Origin: Candidatus Hadarchaeota archaeon
GTDB lineage: Archaea > CAYQAE01 > CAYVLA01
Reading direction: 5' to 3'
Length of the DNA: 58,565 nucleotides
Assembly: GCA_964621445.1 (NCBI GenBank)
Contig: CAZUNO010000018.1
Location: forward strand, 1 to 58,565
How positions within the stretch are numbered: position 1 is the stretch's first letter; each line of letters opens with the position of its first letter. Made by a program: the position numbers and the translations under genes. Shown here piece by piece: positions 39,634 to 50,879 of this stretch. The notes beneath the pieces were generated by a model. That model searched no databases. It was not told where the DNA came from and saw nothing but the letters and a program-made list of their open reading frames with translations.

Positions 39634-41418
39634 TCAGCTTCCATAACGGGAGGCACACATGTCCACGAAAAGTGCCGATGACCAGAAGAAGTCGCTTATA
39701 ACCGGTATTCCATCCTCCGGCCATTTACGGACTCTTCCTTTCCGCTTAAGGTCCTGAGGAGCCCTCTCGCCAAATGGGTCATAGAACTCGTAAAGCGAAG
39801 ACCTGAGCCGCCTCCATCTACTTATCTCCGCCAGGGTGCGGTCACGAAGCCTATTGGCAACCTCCCTGTATCCCATTCTATTAAGACCTTCAGTAATTAG
39901 GTAATTGTAATTAATCCAGGTCGGTCCCCGCCACATATCAAGCTCGAAGCTATCCTCCGAAAGGGCGACCGAAGGTATGGGAAAGGAAGGCCAGAACTCG
40001 GACTCATTTGTTAGGTGATCCCCAACCAGAATGGTGGCCTTTCTGGTATCTGCGGTTCCCGAGAAAAGAGGTAGAAAGCCATCCACTGTCTTAATCTTAA
40101 TCCAGGACCCGTCCTTTCTTCGGTCATAATAGAACCCCTCCACATCATTCCACAACCTTTCATTTATCCTGTGGCTGACCTGGCCGGCAACGCGTAACCA
40201 TTTCTCTGCCTCATTCTTTTTTCCCAGTTCCCTTGCCATCAAGGCTAGGCTCTCGCATTCCCTTACCACGAAACAATTGAGGTCGACGGCATCGAAATCT
40301 GGACCATCATCAAATCGAGGACTATTATCCATGCCACTGTCGGCCCCATCGAACTGCCACTGAAGAAGACCAGTTCCCAACCTGTCCATATTCGAAAAGT
40401 CCCAGGCCAGATACGCCTGTAAGGGACCGTAAATTTCCTGCAGAAAAGCCTCGGACGGTTCCATTTTGTGTATCTTCATTGAAGCCCAGGCCAGAATCGG
40501 GGGCTGTGTCATGTTGGAATCATATTCAGGATCTGGAGCCATGGTGTGGGGAATGAATCCATCGTTTCTCTGCTTACTTAGAGCAGCCATTATACAATCT
40601 CTGGCTAACTGCACATCAAGATACATTGCACCAATGGAATTAAACGCCTCATCCCACAGCCACATGTGTCTATGTGGCCACCTATCAGGAGGCGACCATC
40701 TGTATTCGATTTCTCCGCAGGGGGTTTCGATATTGGCCTTCATTATGGCACAGGCCTTAACGTAGGTCTCCCGGATACCCCTTTCGGCCTCCTCCGGTGG
40801 CTCCAAATTTTTGTAGAAACCAAGATATTTTGATGCCAGATCATGGATATCATTGCTGCGGCTCCTGGCCCATTGGTCGGCCAGATCACCCCAGCATCCG
40901 ATCATGAACTCGTCCCTGCCATCCTCGGGATCCATTACCAACGCTTTCCACTCCCCCTTGTCCATTGCTTCTCCCTCGTATACTATGCCTGGACCACTTC
41001 CCGTGATTTCAGAGGACGGGTAGATAGCACCATCGGTCAGGAGAACTGGATTGCATCCCTCAGCCTGGGACCGGCCTAAAACTACTTTTCTATCCATCCA
41101 GGCCATCAGGTACCTTACACTGCTCCCATTATCCAGGGCAAAACTTACATCGATAACATCGGGCCCTACAACTTGGGGCTCGGCGTTCACCGCTTTGAAC
41201 TTCTCGATACCACTGCCGGTCCTGGCTGCAAAGATCATGCGGAAATTACCCGACTGGTCTTCGCGAGTATGAAATATTATGCCTGGAGGGTCAAACAGGG
41301 TTTGCCCGACAAACGGCTCAAACCAGCTAGTCTCTCCATCCAACCCCGAAAAGGCAAATGTCTGCGTTTGATGCCATATCCTCGGAAGATGTAGCTTTTC
41401 CCATTCCTGATCTCTCAT
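39634..41418 (-). CDS. GH63/MGH1-like (alpha/alpha)6 glycoside hydrolase
   Basis: MWLWD, TQPPILAW, SGMDNSPRFD, VDLN, MWRGPTWIN, EFYDP and FFWSSA motifs. Confidence 0.85.
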   Translation of the reverse strand: MRDQEWEKLHLPRIWHQTQTFAFSGLDGETSWFEPFVGQTLFDPPGIIFHTREDQSGNFRMIFAARTGSGIEKFKAVNAEPQVVGPDVIDVSFALDNGSSVRYLMAWMDRKVVLGRSQAEGCNPVLLTDGAIYPSSEITGSGPGIVYEGEAMDKGEWKALVMDPEDGRDEFMIGCWGDLADQWARSRSNDIHDLASKYLGFYKNLEPPEEAERGIRETYVKACAIMKANIETPCGEIEYRWSPPDRWPHRHMWLWDEAFNSIGAMYLDVQLARDCIMAALSKQRNDGFIPHTMAPDPEYDSNMTQPPILAWASMKIHKMEPSEAFLQEIYGPLQAYLAWDFSNMDRLGTGLLQWQFDGADSGMDNSPRFDDGPDFDAVDLNCFVVRECESLALMARELGKKNEAEKWLRVAGQVSHRINERLWNDVEGFYYDRRKDGSWIKIKTVDGFLPLFSGTADTRKATILVGDHLTNESEFWPSFPIPSVALSEDSFELDMWRGPTWINYNYLITEGLNRMGYREVANRLRDRTLAEISRWRRLRSSLYEFYDPFGERAPQDLKRKGRVRKWPEDGIPVISDFFWSSALFVDMCASRYGS

Positions 41419-41513
41419 AGAGCCCTCTCAAAGCATTACATCCTTTAAAATCACCCCCTGGTGGCGACGGTATAAAAAAGACATAAAAAGGAGCTTAAAG
41501 TCCTCTAAGATCG

Positions 41514-41894
41514 ATGTTCAATTCCCCGGGATTCTTGGCCGGCTTGTTTGGCGCTGCATCGCTAATAGGGTTTTTCGTCTCCCTTCTCATGGTAGCATTC
41601 GTTCTTTACATCGCTGGACGGATAGTCGTCGGCAGTAGAGCTACCTTTGGAAAGGCCTTTACGATAGCCTTCCTGGGCGTGATTATTGGATTCCTGATCT
41701 CCGCCATTGTCCCGTTTTTGGGATGGCTTCTGGCCTTCCTGGTTTGGCTTTACCTAATAAAGACCTACTTCCGCACCGGCTGGTTCGCCGCATTCGGAAT
41801 AGCGATAGTTGCAGTTATCGTGACGGTTGTAATCGGCATAATTGCCTCCATTATATTTGGAGTAGGTCTTTTGGGTATAGGAGCCATACTCTAA
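41514..41894 (+). CDS. Small hydrophobic membrane protein (about 4 TM)
   Basis: 126 aa, almost entirely hydrophobic; fills the gap before ligA. Confidence 0.75.
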   Translation: MFNSPGFLAGLFGAASLIGFFVSLLMVAFVLYIAGRIVVGSRATFGKAFTIAFLGVIIGFLISAIVPFLGWLLAFLVWLYLIKTYFRTGWFAAFGIAIVAVIVTVVIGIIASIIFGVGLLGIGAIL

Positions 41895-41980
41895 ACTTGG
41901 GCTCTGCCTCCAAAATGACCACCCATCGCAACCCTCCCTCCGGCGGGAAGTATTGAAGAATCACCGCTTCCCCTGTTTAG

Positions 41981-43990
<2,010 letters not shown>

Positions 43991-44006
43991 GTCCCAAAAA
44001 CCCTAA

Positions 44007-44771
44007 TCAGGGCGAGGAAAGCTCCTCCCAAAGGGCCCTATAATATTTCATTACTCTGACTGGATCGGAGCTTCCGGGTATCTCCGCCAGGCACCAGCCA
44101 TCAAAGTCGATGCCCCTAAGCAGAGTGAATAATTCCTTCCACGGGTAGTCCAGGAAAAGATCTCTCATGTGAATCTGGGTTATCCAGTCCTGCACCCGAT
44201 GGAAATTGGCGGCTACGGAACCATCGATAACATCGCTGTCATTCGAATTCCAGCATACCTTGACATTATCATGATCGGCTACCTCCATTATTCTCTGGAT
44301 GTTCTTGGGGTCCTTGGTGCCCTGGCCGTGAACCTCAAGACGGATCTCGATGTCATAATCCTGTGCATACTCACCGCACTCGCGAAGCGAATTTCCGATC
44401 TGTTCGAGAGTTTTTCCCTTCTCGACTCCCTTATCAACCTGTAGTCCGTTCGGCCGAACCTTGATTTCCTCGGCTCCAATATCACGGGCAAGTACGGCAT
44501 ATTCCTTGGTTCCCTCGATATTTTTCCGAAGTTCGTCCTCGTCCAGCGAATGGTACTCAAATGCGGTGCCTATCCCCACCAGCTCGACATCAGAGGATTC
44601 GAATTTATCCTTGACTTCCTCTCTCTCCTTCTTTGAGAGATCGGACTCAACTCCGTGGGCATGAGTGGTTCTGAGTTCGACGCCCTGGAAGCCAGTTTCC
44701 TCGCATTTCTCAATTATTGTGTCCAAGTCCCATTCCTTCGCCATGTTATAGGTTACAAGACCCAGCTTCAT
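44007..44771 (-). CDS. Sugar phosphate isomerase/epimerase (xylose isomerase-like TIM barrel)
   Basis: GVELRTTHAHGVE, RLEVHG, CWNS, IHMRD and LAE motifs. Confidence 0.85.
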   Translation of the reverse strand: MKLGLVTYNMAKEWDLDTIIEKCEETGFQGVELRTTHAHGVESDLSKKEREEVKDKFESSDVELVGIGTAFEYHSLDEDELRKNIEGTKEYAVLARDIGAEEIKVRPNGLQVDKGVEKGKTLEQIGNSLRECGEYAQDYDIEIRLEVHGQGTKDPKNIQRIMEVADHDNVKVCWNSNDSDVIDGSVAANFHRVQDWITQIHMRDLFLDYPWKELFTLLRGIDFDGWCLAEIPGSSDPVRVMKYYRALWEELSSP

Positions 44772-44845
44772 GGATAACACCGTCCATTATGACGGGGGAT
44801 GTGTTTAAAATGTGTCGATGGTTTACTATACCGGGAATTATTTTG

Positions 44846-46024
44846 ATGACTCCATGGGAGAGGGTGATCAGGGAATTGTCCCAACAGGAACCCGATCGGA
44901 TTCCCTGGGGAGGGGAAACCGTTTCCTGGCCGACCGCAGACCTCATACTGGGCAGGAAGTCATTGACCGGCATGGGGGGACGTCAGAGAATCCGTGACCT
45001 CCAGGCAAGAGGGAAAGGAGCCCTAGTCGCCGATAAACTCAGCAAGGATACCTACGAATTGGCACGGAAACTAAGGATGGACCTTGTTCCGGTACACATC
45101 CCTCCTCCTGAAGATGCGGGAAGGGATTTACGTGTTATCTCGGAAAATGAATGGACCTACGGAGAGGACATGGTTACCACCGTTGATGGAAACCTTCTCG
45201 AAGTAGAGGTTGACGGGAAAACCGGGGATAGAAAAAAGCATGGGATGAATGACCTTAAGAATCTAGTTGAGGGAAGGGAAATCTCCAGTGGTGAATTGAA
45301 ATCGCAGTCGACTGAGGCGATTAGCAGGGCATTACCACTGATCAATGACCTAAAGAAGAAACTCGAGGTCGCCATACTGTTCCCCGTATGGAATTGTTTT
45401 CTCACCCATCCTGACTGGCTGCCCACATTCCTCAAGGCTTTTCACCTGCAGCCCGATCTCGTCATGCGTTTCGAGAAGGCCCAATCCAAGCGGGCCATCG
45501 AAATGGGAAAGGCAGCAATTGATTCTGGATGCGATGTAATTGGGATTGGGGGAGATCTGGCGTATAGAAAGGGCCCCCTGATATCGCCCTGCAACTATAG
45601 GAAATTCATTCTCCCTTCCATGAAACGACAATCAAGGATATTTCGCAAGAAGGGAGCATATTCTATGATCGCCTCGGATGGGAACCTCATGCCCATAGCT
45701 GAGGATTACTTCATTAACTCCGGTGTAGATGCAGCACGCGAGATCGAACCGGGTCCCATGAACCGTGGGGAGGTAAAGGACAAATTTGGACAGAAGATAT
45801 GTTTCAACGGAAATGTTGACTGCGGAAGAACTCTGAGCTTACTCTCCAAAACGGAGGTTGAAAAGGAGACCAGGCAATGCATTCGAATATGGTCTCCAGG
45901 TGGCGGCCACATCATGAGTTCAAGCAATAGTATAAATCCTAATGTGAAGCCCGAGAATTTCCTTGTCATGTGGAAGTCCATATTCAAATATGGGCGTCAT
46001 GGAAAGCGGGCGGAGAGGGCATAA
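44846..46024 (+). CDS. Uroporphyrinogen decarboxylase/MtaA superfamily protein
   Basis: MTPWERV..EPDRIP, GGDLA, ASDGN, EIEP, GNVD and GGGHIMSSSNSI motifs. ATG at 44846 preferred as start. Confidence 0.85.
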   Translation: MTPWERVIRELSQQEPDRIPWGGETVSWPTADLILGRKSLTGMGGRQRIRDLQARGKGALVADKLSKDTYELARKLRMDLVPVHIPPPEDAGRDLRVISENEWTYGEDMVTTVDGNLLEVEVDGKTGDRKKHGMNDLKNLVEGREISSGELKSQSTEAISRALPLINDLKKKLEVAILFPVWNCFLTHPDWLPTFLKAFHLQPDLVMRFEKAQSKRAIEMGKAAIDSGCDVIGIGGDLAYRKGPLISPCNYRKFILPSMKRQSRIFRKKGAYSMIASDGNLMPIAEDYFINSGVDAAREIEPGPMNRGEVKDKFGQKICFNGNVDCGRTLSLLSKTEVEKETRQCIRIWSPGGGHIMSSSNSINPNVKPENFLVMWKSIFKYGRHGKRAERA

Positions 46025-46148
46025 GCCAGGGAAATTACCTATTTATTTACTCATTAATGGTATATTTTGCTCTAAATTTTGAAATATTCGCTAATTATTA
46101 CTGACTACTTGAAAATAATTTATTAGGAAGTATACCGATTGTAATACC

Positions 46149-46283
46149 ATGGGTGCGGTAAGACGGGCTGTTTTAGGATTCCTCTATTTTCTCGCAGTAT
46201 TGGTAGTTGGCTTTATTATGACCAAGGCCAGAGGGATCGTTTATCGCCGCCCGAACTCCCTTAGTAGTCAGCTTCGCACCTAG
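46149..46283 (+). CDS. Small single-TM protein, 44 aa (not in ORF track)
   Basis: MGAVRRAVLGFLYFLAVLVVGFIMTKARGIVYRRPNSLSSQLRT. BRE/TATA-like GAAAATAATTTATTA (46111-46125) at leaderless spacing from the ATG. Confidence 0.5.
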   Translation: MGAVRRAVLGFLYFLAVLVVGFIMTKARGIVYRRPNSLSSQLRT

Positions 46284-46287
46284 AATT

Positions 46288-46950
46288 TCATTCGCCTTCG
46301 CCATGCGTACAACTTTCCGGTCCCAAATGGACCAGACATTCCTCCACCGGCTCTACCTTCTTCTTGACCTCTTCCGACACGGCCTTGCCGATTTCATGGG
46401 CTTCGCAGATGTTCACCTCATCCCTTACCAGTATATGCATTTCACAAAATACCAGGTGACCTGCCCAGCGAGCTCTCACAGAATGCTTTCCATCGGCGAT
46501 CAGGGATAGACTATTGATCTCCCTTCCAGCCCGTATCTTGTAATAGGCAATTGCCTCCTTACCAACTAGGCCAATAAGAGCCACACCCATCCCCACCAAA
46601 AGATATGTGGTCTCCGTTCCTTTCAACAACTTGTTCAACGAGGTACTGCCGGAAATGTAGGTGCTGATGCCAAGAAATATTAGAACCACTAGCCCGGCCA
46701 GGTCTTCGGCCCTGTGAAATCCATATGTGTATTCAGATGTGGCGGACTTTCCAGCCAGAATAAAGGCTGCTCCTAGAAAAAGGGTGGTCGTCAGGTCCGC
46801 CAAACCATGCAATGAATCCGCGGCCAACGCTGCACTGCCGCCCAGTATGGCAACTACAACCCTTGCGGAAACCAGGCCGAGATCGGCAATTACCGAATTT
46901 CTTACAGCTTTCATCCCGATCTCGGTGGCATGGCTCACACCGCGCGACAT
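46288..46950 (-). pseudogene. Cation diffusion facilitator (CDF) transporter with an in-frame internal deletion
   Basis: SAALAADSLH..AD, YTYGFHRAE and SLIADGKHS run directly into the C-terminal domain VRARWAG...EAHEI...LVH. Most of TM5, TM6 and the linker are missing. Confidence 0.7.
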
Positions 46951-47053
46951 AGACCCTTCTCCCTGCTCGCGAGAATCGGTACATGGAGCATCAAAATGGA
47001 GCCGCTGCCCTTTCGGCACTGGAAGAGTTTACACGGAAAATCACCTAAATTTC

Positions 47054-47368
47054 TCAGCTTCCGGGCTCCACCTTCGTCCATCCGCCCTCCTCGTTCTCTC
47101 TAAAGAACTCCCTTCCCTCCTCATAGGACACGGTCACCAACATGGGGTCGCTGTCCATGTCCACGTTCACATCAACCACATAGTCATCCAATATCCTGTT
47201 TTCAACCTCGTTCTCCTGTAGTGATTTTGCACATTTTTCCAGGACTGAGCATGCTTCTTTCATCTTGAACTTATCAAATGCATGCCTGGACTCAAACTTG
47301 TCCTTCAATATCTTGCCAATCTCGCCGCCTTTCCCGCCAAAAAGACCGAATAGACCCATCTTCAGCAC
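47054..47368 (-). CDS. Hypothetical protein
   Basis: 104-aa ORF beginning MGLFGLFGGK, with protein-like composition, between two same-strand genes. Confidence 0.6.
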   Translation of the reverse strand: MLKMGLFGLFGGKGGEIGKILKDKFESRHAFDKFKMKEACSVLEKCAKSLQENEVENRILDDYVVDVNVDMDSDPMLVTVSYEEGREFFRENEEGGWTKVEPGS

Positions 47369-47416
47369 CTCGCTCAGATATATTCAGAATACCTGTACCA
47401 ACTGGTTTGCAGCAAT

Positions 47417-49231
47417 TTAATAAAAATTGCATTCCGGAAAACCCTTAACAAGAAATGGTAGGATAAATAATAGAAGAACGATTTCAGGAACCTCCGGAAT
47501 CTCCTCCCTAAGGCTGAGGGGGTAGTTAGTGAACTGGCTTGCAGGGCCATAATTTCCCTTCTCATATTCCTCCCTAGCCCTATCCAGTAATATCTGGTGA
47601 CGCGATGTGTCAATTCCGGCTTCCTTGGCCTCTTCGATTACATCCTCAGCGGCTTCAATTAATCTCTCCGCAACAAGTTTTTTCACCTGCTCAGTCAGAA
47701 CCGATAGCTGCTCCTCCAGGAGGCTCAGCTCCGAGGCCGTAGTGGCACCAACGAAATCCACTTGGAGAATACTCAGATTTTTCTCAAGATTTGATGTGTC
47801 CACTCCGATGGCCTCAGCATCCTCGACCTTCTCCCTCACCATCGCGAGCCTAGATCCCGCATCGATGATCCTGCCCAGTATATCCCAGACAGTCCACATC
47901 TTGTACAGGGCCACCGAGGCGTTGACCACCGGGGCCTCCTTGTAGATGCGTTCCGCTTCCTCCAATAAGTGGCTTGGATCCTGGCATTGAGATCCCATCT
48001 GTGAAGCCTGATCCAATCTTGCCCTGGTCCTATTTAGCATTCTCTGAAATAAATCCTGATCCACGGCCGGGGTTGCATAGGGGTCAACGCCCATGGACAG
48101 CAGGGCTTCATAGCTTGCAGGAATTTGCGCTAGGCCCAGTAATGAGCAGGAAGAGGGATATATGCCCTGTTTCTGCATTAGTAAACCGAATACAGTTCTT
48201 TGTCTATTGAAAATGGTTGAATTATACATTGAAAGGAGAATCCAGTTTCTTGATATTCGGGCATAATCTCGCCCATCGGAGCCGTCAACCTTCATTGAAA
48301 GTATATGTTCCCCTTCCAGTATGTGGGGAACCTGCCACACGCGCTCAAGGTAGGTATTGCACAAACGAACCAGGTGTAGATCCTCCAATAAGCCCCTTTG
48401 GTTCGCCATTATTAGGAACTCGAGTTCAATTGCCCCGTGGCTGATATCCTCGGAACCACCCTCTCCGATATGGTAGGACCAAGTATAGAGATCCTGGTCC
48501 TCATAATATCGCATATTCTCCACCAGGTATCTGGCCATCTGCCCAGGCCTCTCATAATAGGAGGAGTTTCCCACCACATCTCCAAGCACCAGTTCAACTC
48601 TACCCAACGCCGTGAACCTATTCACTATCGGACCTATATCCTCCTCAAAATCGTCCCAATAATAACCCTGATCCTCGCTTATCTGGGTCCAGGCCGATTG
48701 GTGGCGCCTGATAATCCTTTCGATGAGAGCTACGTAATGATTTGACTTAGCCATAAGCTGTGGATCATTGCGTAACTCCGGCCTGCTCCTGATCATCTGG
48801 GCCGCCTCGATGATGGGCAGCCCTATAACTCCATCCCATACTGTATATTCCCGAAAATCATAGCGATCGTTACCCCAGGTTTGATTGTAATTTCCCCAAC
48901 AGGGCTTTCCATCCCCGTTTACGTCAGAATACTCCACGAAATGGTCAGTTATATTTAGAGCCCAGTCGAGCCACTTTCTCTGTCCCGTTAGATTATACAT
49001 TATCAGGCAGCCACGAACATGATATTGCAGCCCCCAAGCAAAATACCCGGGATCGTATGGGTCCTCGGACAGGCGATTGGTTATGGACTTAAAGGTTTGT
49101 TCGGACGGCCCGTCTATGAACTGGTATATGTCCCTGCCACCCACAAGAGGGCCGGATGAGCAAAGACATGTACCAATTGAAAATATGAAGAGCAGGATTA
49201 TGATCCTGACCAAGGCCTTATTTTTTTCCAT
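47417..49231 (-). CDS. Secreted (alpha/alpha)-barrel glycosidase-like protein with helical stalk and PEF-CTERM-like anchor
   Basis: Signal peptide; aromatic-rich domain with EDISHG; repeated AEAIGVDTS/AKEAGIDTS helices; C-terminal EIPEVPE + hydrophobic segment. Confidence 0.7.
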   Translation of the reverse strand: MEKNKALVRIIILLFIFSIGTCLCSSGPLVGGRDIYQFIDGPSEQTFKSITNRLSEDPYDPGYFAWGLQYHVRGCLIMYNLTGQRKWLDWALNITDHFVEYSDVNGDGKPCWGNYNQTWGNDRYDFREYTVWDGVIGLPIIEAAQMIRSRPELRNDPQLMAKSNHYVALIERIIRRHQSAWTQISEDQGYYWDDFEEDIGPIVNRFTALGRVELVLGDVVGNSSYYERPGQMARYLVENMRYYEDQDLYTWSYHIGEGGSEDISHGAIELEFLIMANQRGLLEDLHLVRLCNTYLERVWQVPHILEGEHILSMKVDGSDGRDYARISRNWILLSMYNSTIFNRQRTVFGLLMQKQGIYPSSCSLLGLAQIPASYEALLSMGVDPYATPAVDQDLFQRMLNRTRARLDQASQMGSQCQDPSHLLEEAERIYKEAPVVNASVALYKMWTVWDILGRIIDAGSRLAMVREKVEDAEAIGVDTSNLEKNLSILQVDFVGATTASELSLLEEQLSVLTEQVKKLVAERLIEAAEDVIEEAKEAGIDTSRHQILLDRAREEYEKGNYGPASQFTNYPLSLREEIPEVPEIVLLLFILPFLVKGFPECNFY

Positions 49232-49343
49232 GGCAAAAAAACGGGCCGTCTACTCTTAAAGATACCGTAACTTATCCTCCTTGACCTGGCTAGTTGATAG
49301 CAAGCCCGGTCCAATACAGGGAGCCGGACACAGGGAAAATTTT

Positions 49344-49784
49344 CTAGTAACGACCGCCTCTTCCCGAGCTCGAACCCCCGGAACCGCCCCAGCTTGAACC
49401 GCCGTACGACCTTCGTCTCTGATCCGGATATCTCTTCTCAGAGACATTGTTATCTTCATTTACCTCGGTTATCTCTTGCTCACTTTCCTCAAGTTCCCCA
49501 TATCTTCCAACGTTCAAGTGGATATTTCCCCGGAACAGGGAGGTATAGCCATTAGTGATCTCATATGTCGAGCCCTCATCAACTTTCGAAATATCCTCAT
49601 CCCAGAGAGCCAGAGTAACGGTTCCGGTTTCATCTCCAACCTGGATGTCACAAACGGTATGCTCTGAACCATCCCTCCTGGATCGTACCTCTCTCACATC
49701 TCCGATATCCAGGACCTTGAAGACGATATTCACCTTTCTTGACCTAGGACCAAGATCATTTATCTTCATCATTTCCTCTTCCAA
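49344..49784 (-). CDS. ssb: Single-stranded DNA-binding protein, single OB fold, crenarchaeal type
   Basis: KINDL...VNIVFKV, VGDETGTVTLALWD and NGYTSLFRG.IHLNVGRYG motifs; Gly/Ser/Arg-rich tail; GGAGGG SD before the TTG. Confidence 0.9.
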   Translation of the reverse strand: MEEEMMKINDLGPRSRKVNIVFKVLDIGDVREVRSRRDGSEHTVCDIQVGDETGTVTLALWDEDISKVDEGSTYEITNGYTSLFRGNIHLNVGRYGELEESEQEITEVNEDNNVSEKRYPDQRRRSYGGSSWGGSGGSSSGRGGRY

Positions 49785-49790
49785 AGATTT

Positions 49791-49906
49791 CCCCTCCTGG
49801 GATCATATTAGGCTCATTCAAGTGCATGAAACCTATGATCCAAATCACCAGTTTCGGCACCTGATTCAAGCCTAATATAATGTCCTACCCTCCGCATATA
49901 AATATT
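49791..49906 (-). promoter_or_regulatory. ssb promoter and long leader with two overlapping inverted repeats
   Basis: TTTATATG box at 49902-49895. Inverted repeats 49805-49814/49869-49878 (10 bp, perfect) and 49800-49807/49834-49841 (8 bp, perfect). SD at 49791-49797. Confidence 0.5.
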
Positions 49907-49928
49907 GTAAGTGCCCGCGGATAGGTAT

Positions 49929-50873
49929 TCAACTGCGGTATTTCTCGAATGCATCACCCATAGCCTTTATCTTATCATTGGAAACTGTCCCATGATCTAA
50001 CCCTTCATCACAAAGGGCGATGAATCCTCCATTTTCCGTCCCCAGTGAGGTTACTAATCTTGAGGCGCTTTCACCTACCTGCTCGATGCTCATATCGTCC
50101 ATTCTCTGAACATCCACAGGACACCAAAAAGCCACTTTCCCAGCAAACCTTTCCCTCAGCCAATCGACCCCTATTAGATCCACTTGATTCAAATTGAGCG
50201 CATCTGCACCTAGATTGACGATATCCCCAAGGATCCTCCTCGTCTGTCCACAGGTATGAAATATCACATCCATTCCAAGGCAATGAACTTGATCAAAAAG
50301 CTCCTTGTACCAGGGGAATAGGAATTCCCTCCATATCTGAGGTGAGAATAGGAGGCCTTTCTGACTACCTAAATCATCTCCGAACCAAACCCCATCAAGT
50401 CCGAATTTGGCATATCCACCAATAATTGCCTTGTCAAAATCAAGTATCTTGCCCGCCAGATTTCTGATCCTATTCTGGTTATAATAGAAATCCATCATCA
50501 GGTTTCGTATACCTCTAAGGAACATCAATCTATTAAAAACCGGGAATGGAAACGACCCGGCCCAATACTTGTTGGGATGGCGATCGAGCTGGCCGAAGTT
50601 ATCGTACCGTCCTTGCCTATCCGGGTCAGGACCGTTGTACTCGCGCCACTCCTCGAGTGGATGCTTAACCACCTGCCCAAGAGAACGAAAAACTTCTCCC
50701 GGGGACATTTTCCATACACATCCCCATTCATCCACATTCCCCTCCCTTAATCCTGGTTCTGAATATCCAACGTCCACCACGTCCGAGCGCTGGAAATCCC
50801 TTCCATACCTAAGTCCGATGCGTGGTGGCTTCCCAAAGTGAATTGCCCTGCTGATTATTTCCCTTTCATCCAA
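49929..50873 (-). CDS. Uroporphyrinogen decarboxylase/MtaA superfamily protein
   Basis: VDEWGCVW, FLRG, FGDDLGSQ, FHTCG, LNLNQ and GGFI motifs. Confidence 0.85.
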   Translation of the reverse strand: MDEREIISRAIHFGKPPRIGLRYGRDFQRSDVVDVGYSEPGLREGNVDEWGCVWKMSPGEVFRSLGQVVKHPLEEWREYNGPDPDRQGRYDNFGQLDRHPNKYWAGSFPFPVFNRLMFLRGIRNLMMDFYYNQNRIRNLAGKILDFDKAIIGGYAKFGLDGVWFGDDLGSQKGLLFSPQIWREFLFPWYKELFDQVHCLGMDVIFHTCGQTRRILGDIVNLGADALNLNQVDLIGVDWLRERFAGKVAFWCPVDVQRMDDMSIEQVGESASRLVTSLGTENGGFIALCDEGLDHGTVSNDKIKAMGDAFEKYRS

Positions 50874-50879
50874 GCAAAT

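Noticed and set aside
49270-49343. Imperfect hairpin and short TCCCTGT repeat downstream of ssb as an ncRNA
   Set aside because: The stem is short and mismatched; it fits an ordinary 3' UTR or terminator and is too weak to call.
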